32,000 nt of DNA from Pseudomonas aeruginosa (lineage in GTDB: Bacteria; Pseudomonadota; Gammaproteobacteria; Pseudomonadales; Pseudomonadaceae): assembly GCF_001457615.1 (NCBI RefSeq), contig NZ_LN831024.1, positions 4,590,001-4,622,000 on the forward strand, written 5' to 3'. Each line of letters starts with the position of its first letter. Position 1 is the first letter of the stretch. The position numbers were made by a program, and so were the translations under genes. Below the pieces are notes generated by a model. It made no database searches and was not told where the DNA came from. It was given only the letters and a program-made list of their open reading frames with translations. Positions 20,184 through 29,309 of the stretch are shown one piece after another.

Positions 20184-21098
20184 ATGCTGTCGTTTCTCCC
20201 CCATTTCCTGCGCGGCTCCCTGGCCGGCCTGCTGCTGGTGTCCAGCACCCTGTGCTGGGCCTGCCTGCTGTTCGGCATGACCCTGGTCAAGCTGCTCCTG
20301 CCGTTCGCCGCCGCCCAGCGCCTGTGCAGCAAGATCATGAGCCTGATCGCCGAAGGCTGGATCGCCTGCAACAAGGGCTGGATGAACCTGGTCCAGCGCA
20401 CCCGCTGGAACGTCCAGGGCCTGGAGGGCCTGGAGTACCAACACTCCTACCTGGTCACCAGCAACCACCAGAGCTGGGTCGACATCCTCGTCCTGCAATA
20501 CCAGTTGAACCGACGCATCCCGCTGCTGCGCTTCTTCCTCAAGCAGGAACTGATCTGGGTCCCGATCATCGGCCTGTGCTGGTGGGCCCTCGATTTCCCC
20601 TTCATGAAGCGCTACAGCAAGGCCTACCTGGCCAGGCACCCGGAGAAGAAAGGCCAGGACCTGGCGACCACGCGCAAGGCCTGCGCCAAGTTCAGCCGCA
20701 TCCCGGTAGCGGTGTTCAACTTCCTCGAAGGCACCCGTTTCACCCGCGCCAAGCACGACGAGCAGCAGTCGCCGTTCCGCCACCTGCTCAAGCCCAAGGC
20801 CGGCGGTATCGCCTTCGTCCTCGACGCCATGGGCGAGCAATTGAAGACCCTGGTCAACGTGACCATCCACTACCCGGACGGCAGCCCGACCTTCTGGTGC
20901 CTGCTTTCCGGACGCCTGAAGGACGTCGTGGTGCGCTTCGAGGAACTGGAGATTCCGCGCCAGTTCGTCGGCAAGAGCTACGACCAGGACGCCGGCTACC
21001 GCGCGGAATTCCAGCAATGGGTCAACCAGCTGTGGGAGCGCAAGGACCAGTTGCTCGACAGCCTGCACCGCGAGTTTCCCGGTAACGCCAAGGCGTAG
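20184..21098 (+). CDS. PlsC-family acyltransferase (304 aa)
   Basis: Start moved to ATG 20184 (MLSFLPHFLRGSL...) with AAGGA upstream. H-x4-D acyltransferase motif (NHQSWVDILV) and FLEGTR motif. N-terminal membrane helix. Confidence 0.8.
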   Translation: MLSFLPHFLRGSLAGLLLVSSTLCWACLLFGMTLVKLLLPFAAAQRLCSKIMSLIAEGWIACNKGWMNLVQRTRWNVQGLEGLEYQHSYLVTSNHQSWVDILVLQYQLNRRIPLLRFFLKQELIWVPIIGLCWWALDFPFMKRYSKAYLARHPEKKGQDLATTRKACAKFSRIPVAVFNFLEGTRFTRAKHDEQQSPFRHLLKPKAGGIAFVLDAMGEQLKTLVNVTIHYPDGSPTFWCLLSGRLKDVVVRFEELEIPRQFVGKSYDQDAGYRAEFQQWVNQLWERKDQLLDSLHREFPGNAKA

Positions 21099-21125
21099 GA
21101 CGAAGAGCGCCGACCAGCGCCCATG

Positions 21126-21153
21126 AAAAAGCCCGCCGAATGGCGGGCTTTTT
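21126..21153. terminator. Bidirectional rho-independent terminator between convergent genes
   Basis: AAAAAGCCCGCC (21126-21137) / GAAT / GGCGGGCTTTTT (21142-21153). The A-tract and T-tract flank a GC stem, so it can work on both strands. Confidence 0.85.
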
Positions 21154-21167
21154 CGTCCAGGCCGCGA

Positions 21168-21881
21168 TCAGTACTGCGGCTGGGTCTGCGCCGGGCCCTG
21201 GGCGCCCGGAACCGGTCGCAGGTTGACCTCGACGCGCCGGTTCTGCGCGCGACCGTCGGCAGTGGAGTTGCTCGCGATCGGCTGGTCCGGGCCCATGCCG
21301 CGGGTGCTCAGGCGGGTGCCGTCGACGCCCTGGGCGGTCAGGTAGCCGGCCACGCTCTGCGCACGACGCTGGGACAGGTCCATGTTGTGCTGGCGGCTGC
21401 CGGTGCTGTCGGTGTAACCGACGATCTCGATGGTGTTCTGGTTGTACTGCTTGAACGAGTTCGCCAGGTTGTTCAGCGGCGCGTAGAAGCTCGGGGCGAT
21501 GTTCGCCGAATCGGTGGCGAAGGTGATGTTGCCCGGCATGATCAGCTTGATGTCGTCACCTTGGCGCTGCACTTCCACGCCGGTGCCTTCCATCTGCCGA
21601 CGCAGCTCGGCTTCCTGCTTGTCGGCGTAGTAGCCATAACCCGCGGCGGCCGCGCCGGCAACGGCAGCGCCGATCAGCGCGCCCTTGCCACGGTTGTTGT
21701 GGTCGATCGCAGCGCCGGCGACGGCGCCGGCCAGCGCACCCAGTCCGCCGTACTTGGCCGTCTTGCTCATGCCACCCTGGCTTTGGCTTTGCGTGTCGTA
21801 GGGGTTGTTGTTGGCACAACCGGCGAGCAGCGCCAGTGCGGTGACGGCTGCGGCCAGAGGCAGGCAACGGGAGGTGAACAT
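21168..21881 (-). CDS. OmpA-C-like peptidoglycan-associated lipoprotein (237 aa)
   Basis: Start at MFTSRCLPLAAAVTALALLAGC (lipobox LAGC; GAGGAG RBS). Gly-rich region. C-terminal OmpA-like domain (VGYTDSTGSRQHNMDLSQRRAQSVAGYL...NRRVEV). Confidence 0.85.
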   Translation of the reverse strand: MFTSRCLPLAAAVTALALLAGCANNNPYDTQSQSQGGMSKTAKYGGLGALAGAVAGAAIDHNNRGKGALIGAAVAGAAAAGYGYYADKQEAELRRQMEGTGVEVQRQGDDIKLIMPGNITFATDSANIAPSFYAPLNNLANSFKQYNQNTIEIVGYTDSTGSRQHNMDLSQRRAQSVAGYLTAQGVDGTRLSTRGMGPDQPIASNSTADGRAQNRRVEVNLRPVPGAQGPAQTQPQY

Positions 21882-21986
21882 GGGAAAACTACTCCTCGAG
21901 GTACTGAAACGCCCCTGCGTGAGGGGCGGCCGATATCTTAGAGCATAGCCAAGTGGCAAAATTCCCGATGCTCGGAAAAATCCTTT

Positions 21987-22628
21987 TCAGCCCCTGACGA
22001 AGGGGTTCTCGCGCATCTCTTCGCCCAGCGTGGTGTCCGGGCCATGGCCGGCGACCACCGTGGCGTCCTCGTCGAGGCTGTACAGACGCTGCCTGATCGA
22101 ACGCTGGATCGCCGCCGAGTCGCCGCCCCACAGGTCGGTGCGGCCGATGCCACGGCGGAACAGGGTGTCGCCGGCGATCAGCAGCTTCGCCCGGGGGAAC
22201 CAGAAACTCATCGAGCCCGGCGTATGCCCCGGCGTGTGCAGTGCCACTCCGCAACCGCAGGCCAGTTCCTCGTCGTCGGCCAGCCAGCGGTCCGGGGCCG
22301 GCACCGGCGTGTAGGGCACGCCGAACAGTTGGCACTGCATCTCCAGGTTGTCCCAGAGGAACTGGTCGTCCTTGTGCAGGTGCAGGCTGGCGCCGGTGCG
22401 CTTCTTCATCTCGCCGGAGGCGAGGAAGTGATCCAGGTGCGCGTGGGTATGGATGATGCTGACCACCTGCAGGCCGAGGCGGTCGAGGCGCTGCAGGATC
22501 AGTTCGTGGTCGCCGCCCGGATCGACGACGATGGCCTTCCTGGTCAGCGGATCGCCAATGATGGTGCAGTTGCACTGCAAAGGCCCGACGGGAAAGGTTT
22601 CGCGGATCAGCGCGGGGGATGTCGACAT
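21987..22628 (-). CDS. Metallo-beta-lactamase-fold hydrolase (glyoxalase II-like, 213 aa)
   Basis: Full ORF. H-x-H-x-D-H metal-binding motif (HTHAHLDH) and later TPGHTPGS. Confidence 0.85.
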   Translation of the reverse strand: MSTSPALIRETFPVGPLQCNCTIIGDPLTRKAIVVDPGGDHELILQRLDRLGLQVVSIIHTHAHLDHFLASGEMKKRTGASLHLHKDDQFLWDNLEMQCQLFGVPYTPVPAPDRWLADDEELACGCGVALHTPGHTPGSMSFWFPRAKLLIAGDTLFRRGIGRTDLWGGDSAAIQRSIRQRLYSLDEDATVVAGHGPDTTLGEEMRENPFVRG

Positions 22629-22729
22629 GCAAGACTCCGATCACGGTCGGCGCGGCAAGCGCGCCATGGATTTCTATGAAACGCCAAGCATGGCACATCC
22701 ATCCGCTGCCGAGGATCGCCGGCGTCGGC

Positions 22730-23749
22730 TCAGGGCGCTTCGCGGTAGTCGCTGGGCAGCTTGCCGGTCCACTTGCGAAACGCCCGGCGGAAGTTCGACG
22801 AATCGTTGAAGCCGAGCAGCAGGGCGATCTCGTACAGAGGTAGCTGGGTGGTGGTCAGGTATTGCAGGGCCAGGCGCTTGCGCACATCGTCGAGGACCTG
22901 CTGGTAGGTGGTGCCCAACGACGACAGGTGCCGGCGCAGGCTGCGCCCGCTGGTGTGCAGTTCGCGGGCGGCCTGTTCGAGATCGGGGAAGTCGCCGGGA
23001 CGCGCCAGCAGCAGGCGGCGCACACGGGTCAGCAGGCCTTCCTGGACGTCCAGGGTGGCCAGCAGCGCCTCGCACTGCTGCTCGCACATCTGCACCGTGG
23101 CCGGGTTGGCCAGCGCCATCGGTCGTTCCAGGTACTCGCTGGGCATGCTCAGCCAGTGCCAGGGCTGCTCGAACTCCGCGGCCACCCCGAACACCTCGGC
23201 GTAGCGCCGGGCATGGGCCGGCGGCGGATAGGCGAAGCCGACCCGCACGTCCTGCAACGGCTCGCCGACCAGGAAGCAGGCGATGGAATACAGCGTCGCC
23301 ATCAGGCCCTCGGCGGCGAACACCGAGGCGGCGCCCAGCGGCATCGACTCCACCGCGCGCAACTCGGCGCGGCCGTCATCGAGCACCAGTTCCAGTTCGT
23401 AGGCCAGGCCGAGCACCCGGTAGTACTTGAGGGCGAACTGGATGGCCTTGCCCAGGTTGGCGCTGGACAGCACCGCGTAGCCGAGGATGCCGTGGGCGGA
23501 GACGTTCAGGCGCTGGCCGAGCACCAGCCCCAGCGCCGGCTCGCCGCACAGGGCCTGGGCGCTGTAGGTGAGCTGGTTGAAGTCGAGGAAGGACAGGCGG
23601 CCGTTCGGGCTGTCCAGCACCTCGGGACGCACCCGCGCAGCGTCGAACAGCGCCTGGCGGGATACGCCGTACTCCGCGACAAGATCGAGGAGTGCCTCGG
23701 CATAGGCCACCGGCACCAGTTCGGCGGTGAAATTGAGCGGTTGTTTCAT
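22730..23749 (-). CDS. oruR: AraC-family transcriptional regulator (339 aa); position matches the ornithine-utilisation regulator OruR
   Basis: Full ORF. C-terminal AraC double HTH (ELHTSGRSLRRHLSSLGTTYQQVLDDVR...ALLLGFNDSSNFRRAFRKWTGKLPSDYR). The symbol is assigned from recalled synteny, not from a diagnostic motif. Confidence 0.7.
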   Translation of the reverse strand: MKQPLNFTAELVPVAYAEALLDLVAEYGVSRQALFDAARVRPEVLDSPNGRLSFLDFNQLTYSAQALCGEPALGLVLGQRLNVSAHGILGYAVLSSANLGKAIQFALKYYRVLGLAYELELVLDDGRAELRAVESMPLGAASVFAAEGLMATLYSIACFLVGEPLQDVRVGFAYPPPAHARRYAEVFGVAAEFEQPWHWLSMPSEYLERPMALANPATVQMCEQQCEALLATLDVQEGLLTRVRRLLLARPGDFPDLEQAARELHTSGRSLRRHLSSLGTTYQQVLDDVRKRLALQYLTTTQLPLYEIALLLGFNDSSNFRRAFRKWTGKLPSDYREAP

Positions 23750-23873
23750 GGCTGTTTATTGTTCTGACCGCTGGCCGGATATGACCGGAAAGTTGGCAGA
23801 AGATAACCTTGTGAGGCTATCCCCCGCAAGCGATAGTCGATCCCATGGTCCTTCACCATCACAGGGAGCCGCT

Positions 23874-24707
23874 ATGGCCAGCACCACCCCCGAAGGTCTG
23901 GAGATCCGCCCGCGTCATCTGGACTTCGACCTGCCCGATCCGATGCCGCGCCATTGGCACAGCGGCGACGCTTTCAAGACCCACATGTTCAACGCCATGT
24001 CGGTGCTGTTCCCCGATGGCGAGCGCTTCTTCATCGACTCCGTGCGCCACTACCGCGAACGGGTCGAGGACCCGGCGCTGAAGCAACAGATCCGTGGCTT
24101 CATCGGCCAGGAAGGCCACCACAGCCGCGAGCACCTGGTCTACAGCGACCGCCTGCGCGCCCTCGGCTACGACATCGACCGCCTGGAAGGCGGCGCCAAA
24201 CGGCGCATCCGCTTCGCCCAGCAGAAACTGCACCCGTCGCGGCAACTGGCGGCCACCGCGGCCCTGGAGCACCTCACCGCGATCATGGCCGACGGCCTGC
24301 TGAGCAACCCCAGGTGGCTGGAAGGCGCCGACCCGACCATGGCCCGCCTGTGGCGCTGGCACGCACTGGAGGAAACCGAGCACAAGGCGGTGGCCTACGA
24401 CGTGTTCATGCTGGTCAACGGCAAGGCCAGGCTGCGCCGCCGGGCGATGGTCCAGGGCACCTTCTTCTTCGCCCTCGACACCACCAAGGGCCTGGTCCAC
24501 ATGCTCAAGCGCGACGGCCTGCTGTGGAACTTCAAGGTCTGGCGCGACGGCATCAAGTGGCTGTGGGGCAAGGACGGCGTGTTCCGCTCGCTGGTGGGCG
24601 TGTACCTGGACTTCTACAAGAAGGACTTCCACCCCTGGCAGCACAATAACCTGCACCTCATCGAGCAGTACCGCGACCAGTTCGAACCGGAACCGAAGGC
24701 CGCCTGA
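23874..24707 (+). CDS. Predicted metal-dependent hydrolase (Metal_hydrol/PF10118-like, 277 aa)
   Basis: Start moved to ATG 23874 (MASTTPEGLEIRPRHLDFDLP) with GGGAG upstream. His/Glu-rich motifs (FPDGERFF, GQEGHHSREH, ALEHLTA, EETEHKAVAYDVF). Confidence 0.6.
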   Translation: MASTTPEGLEIRPRHLDFDLPDPMPRHWHSGDAFKTHMFNAMSVLFPDGERFFIDSVRHYRERVEDPALKQQIRGFIGQEGHHSREHLVYSDRLRALGYDIDRLEGGAKRRIRFAQQKLHPSRQLAATAALEHLTAIMADGLLSNPRWLEGADPTMARLWRWHALEETEHKAVAYDVFMLVNGKARLRRRAMVQGTFFFALDTTKGLVHMLKRDGLLWNFKVWRDGIKWLWGKDGVFRSLVGVYLDFYKKDFHPWQHNNLHLIEQYRDQFEPEPKAA

Positions 24708-24794
24708 CCCTCCTCGCCGCCCCTCCGCGCCGCGAGAGGGGCATGCATCGTTTCCCTGCCCTGCCTGGTATTTCGGCCCTTCGTCCACGCATTG

Positions 24795-24829
24795 AAAAAG
24801 CCCGCGACTGACCAGCGCGGGCTTCTTCA
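24795..24829. terminator. Hairpin terminator between convergent hydrolase genes
   Basis: AAAAA - GCCCGCG (24800-24806) / 9-nt loop / CGCGGGC (24816-24822) - TTCTTCAT. Confidence 0.65.
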
Positions 24830-24842
24830 TGACGGCCTGGGA

Positions 24843-25784
24843 TCAGGCCATCAGGAAGCGCAGTGCATCCGCCGCGGTCTGCTCGGGAATCTCCTCCATG
24901 GGGATATGCCCGACGCCCGGATAGGTCTTCACCTGGATCCCCGGCAGGTCGCGTTGCCACAGCGGTACGTGCTTCGGCGAGATCCAGCGGTCGCGTTCGC
25001 CCCACATCAGCAGGGTCGGCGCGACGATCCGGGCGATGCGTTCGCCAGAGGTGCCGAGTTCCTCGCGGTTGACCTTCAGCAACACGCGGAAGATCTCCAT
25101 CATGCCCTTGCGGTTGCCCGGGCGGCGGCTCAGATCGTAGTAGCGGTCGACCACCCCCGGCTTGATCCGCCCCGGCTCGCCATAGACTTCCTTGATGCCC
25201 TGGGCGATCAGCGCTCGCGGCATCCACAGCGGCATCGCCAGGGTCGAGCCGGGCAGCGCCGCCGAGGCGATCATCCACGGCACCTTGCGCATCTGGTAAC
25301 CGGCCGGGTCGATCAGCACCAGCCGCTCCACCCGCTGCGGCTGCGCCAGGGCGAAGTTCCAGGCGATATAGCCGCCCAGGGAGTTGCCGGCGATCGAGGC
25401 CTTGTCGATCTTCAGGAAATCGAGCAACTGGCCGAGGATCGCCACCATGCGCTCGCCAGAGTAACGGCTGTCACGCCCCGGCCCGGTCAGGCCGAAGCCC
25501 GGTACGTCGAAGCGCACGATGCGGAAGTACGGCGACATCGCCTTCACCCAGTCGTCCCAGGTGTGCAGCGAGGCCACTACGCCGTGGATCATCACCAGTA
25601 CCGGCTTGTCGCGGCTGCCTTCGTCGCGGTAGTGCAGCGGGAAACCGTCCAGCTCGATGAAGCGCGAGCCGCTGGACGGTGCGGCGTAGCGTTCGCGCAA
25701 CGACTCCAGCGAGAGAGAGCCGAAGCCCAGGCGGGCGAATCCGACCGCCAGCGGCGGTTGCAGCAGATAGGGTGTCGCGGACAT
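24843..25784 (-). CDS. Alpha/beta-fold hydrolase (313 aa)
   Basis: Full ORF. HG oxyanion motif (VLVMIHGVV), nucleophile elbow G-x-S-x-G (AGNSLGGY), and C-terminal GVGHIPMEE containing the catalytic His. Confidence 0.85.
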   Translation of the reverse strand: MSATPYLLQPPLAVGFARLGFGSLSLESLRERYAAPSSGSRFIELDGFPLHYRDEGSRDKPVLVMIHGVVASLHTWDDWVKAMSPYFRIVRFDVPGFGLTGPGRDSRYSGERMVAILGQLLDFLKIDKASIAGNSLGGYIAWNFALAQPQRVERLVLIDPAGYQMRKVPWMIASAALPGSTLAMPLWMPRALIAQGIKEVYGEPGRIKPGVVDRYYDLSRRPGNRKGMMEIFRVLLKVNREELGTSGERIARIVAPTLLMWGERDRWISPKHVPLWQRDLPGIQVKTYPGVGHIPMEEIPEQTAADALRFLMA

Positions 25785-25892
25785 GGACGCACGTCTCCCG
25801 TCTTGTTGTTATGACAGGGCATCAGAGCATGGCCACGACGGACTGCGAGCCCAACCTAGGTTCTGTAGGCGCGAGCGGCGACTGCCCGGCTG

Positions 25893-26576
25893 TTACCCTT
25901 GCAATCTCGTCGGAGCCTGGGTGCGGGGACAGAGCGTACCCACCAGCAGGTCGCCGAGCACCCGCTTGACCCGCGGCAGCTCCAGCGGGTCGCTGGCATT
26001 GAGCAGCTCCAGCGAAGCCGCCTCCATCGCCCAGATCAGCACCCGGTAGGTCAGCGCATCGTGGGCCGCGCCCTGGGCGCCCAGGCGCTCGGCCCACAGC
26101 TCGATAATCTTCAGGTGCGCGCGCTGCCGGTGCGCCGCCAGCGGCGAGCCGGCATGCAGGGCCTCCTCCTGCATCATGCGAATGATCGGACCGACCGCCA
26201 GGTGGTAGTCGAAGAACAGCGAGACCATCGCCCGCAACCAGTCCTCGTCGCTGCCGGCCTCGCTGCGCAGCCCGCCGAAGCGCGCCAGCAGCAATTGCAC
26301 GGCGCTGTGGTAGATGCTTTCCAGCACCTCCAGCTTGCCGGCGAAATACTTGTAGAAAGTCCGCCGCGAGACCCGCGCCGCCTCCAGCAAGTCGTTGACC
26401 GTGGTCTCGGCGATCCCCTTGCGGGTGAACACCGGGATCGCCGCGAGCTGGATGTTGGTTCGTTGCAGATGCCCCACCAGCGGCCCCTCGCCCTGCGCCG
26501 CCTGGCGCGCCAGCGCGCCGTAGCCGCCGAGGTCCTCGAATACCGCCTGCAAGCCGTCCCACTGCGCCGTTGCCAT
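25893..26576 (-). CDS. TetR-family transcriptional regulator (227 aa)
   Basis: Full ORF. HTH (GIAETTVNDLLEAARVSRRTFYKYFAGK). Confidence 0.85.
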   Translation of the reverse strand: MATAQWDGLQAVFEDLGGYGALARQAAQGEGPLVGHLQRTNIQLAAIPVFTRKGIAETTVNDLLEAARVSRRTFYKYFAGKLEVLESIYHSAVQLLLARFGGLRSEAGSDEDWLRAMVSLFFDYHLAVGPIIRMMQEEALHAGSPLAAHRQRAHLKIIELWAERLGAQGAAHDALTYRVLIWAMEAASLELLNASDPLELPRVKRVLGDLLVGTLCPRTQAPTRLQG

Positions 26577-26663
26577 CCCGTCCGCCCCAATCGAAGCGCG
26601 GGGTGACGGCGGCCCCGGCCATCGCTAACCTAGGCCGATCCACGCGCCCCGCAAGGAAAGTCC

Positions 26664-27542
26664 GTGCCGACCCTATCACGCCGCCTGCTCTGGCCGCTGG
26701 CCATCCTTTTACTGGTTCTCGGCCGCCCGCTCGCGGCCGCCGACCTCTACTACCTCGGCCAGCGCATCCCGGACATCCAGAAGCCCTGGGACAGCCACGA
26801 CTACCAGGTGCTGATCGACGCCCTGAAGAAGATCGAGGAAACCCAGAAGAACGCCCTGCCGCGACGCAGCGGCGAATTCACCGGGCCGCTCTACCTGCGC
26901 ATGGTCAGCGAGGAAAACTTCCGCCCGCAGCTGAACATCTACAGCCCCCTGGAGATCCGCCAGAACGAGGCCCGCGAAGTACTGTTCAAGCTCAAGGAGC
27001 TGATGCGCCTGTACTTCGATTTCCGCGCCGCCAAGCAGCCCTACGGCGCCGAGGCGCTGGGCCTGATGAGCTACTCGCTGCGCGAGCAGTCGATCCTGTT
27101 CACCCTCACCGTCGAATTCTGGATGACCCTGTCCCAGGCCGAGCAGCGCAACCTCGCGCGCCTGCAGGGCATGCAGGAAACCAAGGCGGCCGCGGCGATG
27201 CTCACCGGCAGCGCCCTCGACTACCTCGGCCTCACCGCCCAGTTCGAGCGCCAGGACCTGGTGCTCTACTCCGCCGAACTGGCCAAGGAAATGCCCGAGC
27301 TGTTCATCCACCTGCCCTCCCCGGTGCGCGCCCAGTTGCTGGAACGCATCGCCGCTTTCGCCAAGGACCACCCTTACCCCGAGGTCCGCGACAACATGCG
27401 CGACCTGCAACCGGTGTTGCAGGCGATCCAGGCCGACGTGGAAAAACAGCTGGCGCCCGGGCGGAACGCCAAGGCACCGGACAAAGCCCTGGACCTGAGC
27501 CCGCCTCCGGAGGGGAAACCCAGCGGCGTCAAAGGTTTATGA
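26664..27542 (+). CDS. Secreted/periplasmic protein of unknown function (292 aa, GTG start)
   Basis: GTG 26664 with AAGGA upstream. Signal peptide (MPTLSRRLLWPLAILLLVLGRPLAA/AD). Helical, charged body with a Pro/Lys-rich C-terminus. No recognisable catalytic motif. Confidence 0.7.
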   Translation: MPTLSRRLLWPLAILLLVLGRPLAAADLYYLGQRIPDIQKPWDSHDYQVLIDALKKIEETQKNALPRRSGEFTGPLYLRMVSEENFRPQLNIYSPLEIRQNEAREVLFKLKELMRLYFDFRAAKQPYGAEALGLMSYSLREQSILFTLTVEFWMTLSQAEQRNLARLQGMQETKAAAAMLTGSALDYLGLTAQFERQDLVLYSAELAKEMPELFIHLPSPVRAQLLERIAAFAKDHPYPEVRDNMRDLQPVLQAIQADVEKQLAPGRNAKAPDKALDLSPPPEGKPSGVKGL

Positions 27543-27603
27543 GCGGCGGATTGGACTCTCGCAGCCCTTTGCCGTAAACTGGTCGTCGACCTGTCAAGGT
27601 TTT

Positions 27604-27956
27604 GGGGCCGATTAGGATTCGACGCCGGTAACAAAACTTGAGGGGCATGCCGAGCTGGTAGCAGAACTCGTAAATTCGCTGCTGCAAACTTATAGTTGCC
27701 AACGACGACAACTACGCTCTAGCTGCTTAATGCGGCTAGCAGTCGCTAGGGGATGCCTGTAAACCCGAAACGACTGTCAGATAGAACAGGATCGCCGCCA
27801 AGTTCGCTGTAGACGTAACGGCTAAAACTCATACAGCTCGCTCCAAGCACCCTGCCACTCGGGCGGCGCGGAGTTAACTCAGTAGAGCTGGCTAAGCATG
27901 TAGAACCGATAGCGGAGAGCTGGCGGACGGGGGTTCAAATCCCCCCGGCTCCACCA
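27604..27956 (+). ncRNA. ssrA: tmRNA (SsrA), 353 nt
   Basis: 5' GGGGCCGATTAGGATTCGACG acceptor/D-like region and 3' GGGGGTTCAAATCCCCCCGGCTCCACCA T-arm plus acceptor plus CCA. The internal tag reading frame at 27698-27730 encodes ANDDNYALAA-stop. Confidence 0.97.
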
Positions 27957-27968
27957 AACGCAAACGAT

Positions 27969-28010
27969 AAGCCCCTGATTTTCCTAGTGAATTTCAGGGG
28001 CTTTTTCTTT
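27969..28010 (+). terminator. Rho-independent terminator of ssrA
   Basis: AAGCCCCTGA (27969-27978) / loop / TCAGGGGCTT (27994-28003), followed by TTTCTTT. Confidence 0.8.
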
Positions 28011-28428
28011 GCCCAGTTCCTTGCCTGCTCCTCCAGCGCCGGGCCTTTCCTGTTGCCGGCTCGCCTTGCTGCTCCCTCCCCTACCGTGACCGGCACCCGG
28101 CGAGCTTCGCCAGCCCGCCCTTTTGGCTGCGGACGCGTGGAATGATATTTCCCGAATCTGTTAATGAGACCGTTCGATTCCGCCGCCAACAAGGTTCTGG
28201 AACGCTGGCAGGAAAACATTCATGGATTCAGGTTCGAAACTCCCCGCCCAAGAAAACGAGCCTCCGAGAAACCGACGCATACTTTTCGTCAAGCAAAGAA
28301 AAAGAATTTGAGCTAGACACTCACTACCAGGGTAAGCAGGCGTCTTATATCCCTGGAAAGCGAAACCTAAAACAGAGATTCCAAAACACGATAAACCGGC
28401 CTCCACAGACGCTCGAAGGACAAGAAAA

Positions 28429-29067
28429 ATGAAAAAGGAACCGAAAGGAGCAAAAAACAGGATAGTCATCGCCAAAGATGAGAAGAACGTTCTGACCTGC
28501 ACCAGCGAAGGGTTCGAATATACGCCAGACATCGTCAAGAACGTCTACGGAAAGAGCAGCCGACCCGCACTGGAAGACTGGTTCCTGACGGAACTTGATT
28601 TCTTTCGCAGGTATTACCCGGGATACGAGATTTTCACCCTCGGCTCCAGTTGTGTCTTCGGCGAAAAGTTCGTGAACTACCTGACCATCTGCGAATTCGA
28701 CATAGACAGTACCTACGCCTTCGACTGTCTCAAGAAGGCCCTGAGGGAGTCCGACCAGGCCATTCGGCGGAAACTCTCCGCCATGTGGAAATGGGACATG
28801 GCCGCCAGGAAGGACTGGAGCATCGTCTTCATGGTCGGGCACATGGACTTCGCCTACTTCCTCCAGCACAGGAAGGAGTTCCAGGGGGATGCCCATAAGC
28901 GCTTCATGAGTACATTCACCACGGCGGAGACGAAAATCACCTCTCGCGACTACAAGGTCATGCATGACGGCGCGATCCTGCCCTTCGACGAAACGGCCCT
29001 GTCGCCGGAAGACAGGTTCATTTTCGAGAACTATCAAAAGATAAAGTTCGAAACCACGCCACTATGA
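28429..29067 (+). CDS. Hypothetical cytoplasmic protein (212 aa), no family recognised
   Basis: Full ORF in the low-GC segment. Diverse, protein-like composition (MKKEPKGAKNRIVIAKDEKNVLTCTSEGFEYTPD...). GAAGGA lies 11 nt upstream. No signal peptide or TM segment. The antisense ORF 28345-29037 has a shadow-like composition. Confidence 0.65.
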   Translation: MKKEPKGAKNRIVIAKDEKNVLTCTSEGFEYTPDIVKNVYGKSSRPALEDWFLTELDFFRRYYPGYEIFTLGSSCVFGEKFVNYLTICEFDIDSTYAFDCLKKALRESDQAIRRKLSAMWKWDMAARKDWSIVFMVGHMDFAYFLQHRKEFQGDAHKRFMSTFTTAETKITSRDYKVMHDGAILPFDETALSPEDRFIFENYQKIKFETTPL

Positions 29068-29082
29068 AGTTAACGGACAAAA

Positions 29083-29111
29083 GCGAAAGGCGCCCGGCCG
29101 GACGCCTTTCG
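29083..29111. terminator. Hairpin after the 212-aa gene
   Basis: GCGAAAGGCG (29083-29092) / 9-nt spacer 29093-29101 / CGCCTTTCGC (29102-29111). The T-tract (TTTTG) lies on the minus-strand side, not the plus side, so the direction of function is ambiguous. Confidence 0.4.
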
Positions 29112-29309
29112 CCAATAAACCCCAGCCACTCGCCAGTTGCTTTCAAGAACTTCTACGAAGTCCAGGAGTTCCGACTCCTGGCCGACTCTTCCAGAGTTCC
29201 GCAATAAAACTACAAATCAAAAATATCCTCAGACTGGATGCTTGAAAAAACACCGTTGGCAACGTTTCAATTCCCACCATATCTTCCGCATGGATCAGTG
29301 GGAAAACTC

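Noticed and set aside
27935-28219. 94-aa minus-strand ORF overlapping the 3' end of ssrA and its terminator
   Set aside because: It overlaps a confidently identified tmRNA gene and terminator. Its Arg/Gly/Ala-rich composition and lack of an RBS also count against it.
28161-28538. 125-aa minus-strand ORF, and the 96-aa plus-strand ORF 28142-28432, in the island leader
   Set aside because: Both lie across the T-loop-like fragments and the GC transition and have low-complexity or hydrophobic junk-like translations. The plus-strand ORF's ATGA overlap with the next gene is noted under findings, but I do not consider it supported as a gene.
28345-29037. 230-aa minus-strand ORF antisense to the 212-aa gene
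   Set aside because: It mirrors the plus-strand ORF almost end to end. Its translation (repetitive V/G/E/F, FRFRF tail) is much less protein-like than the plus-strand product. The plus-strand ORF has an upstream GAAGGA and fits the orientation of the rest of the island. The minus-side T-tract of the 29083-29111 hairpin means this call is not fully settled.
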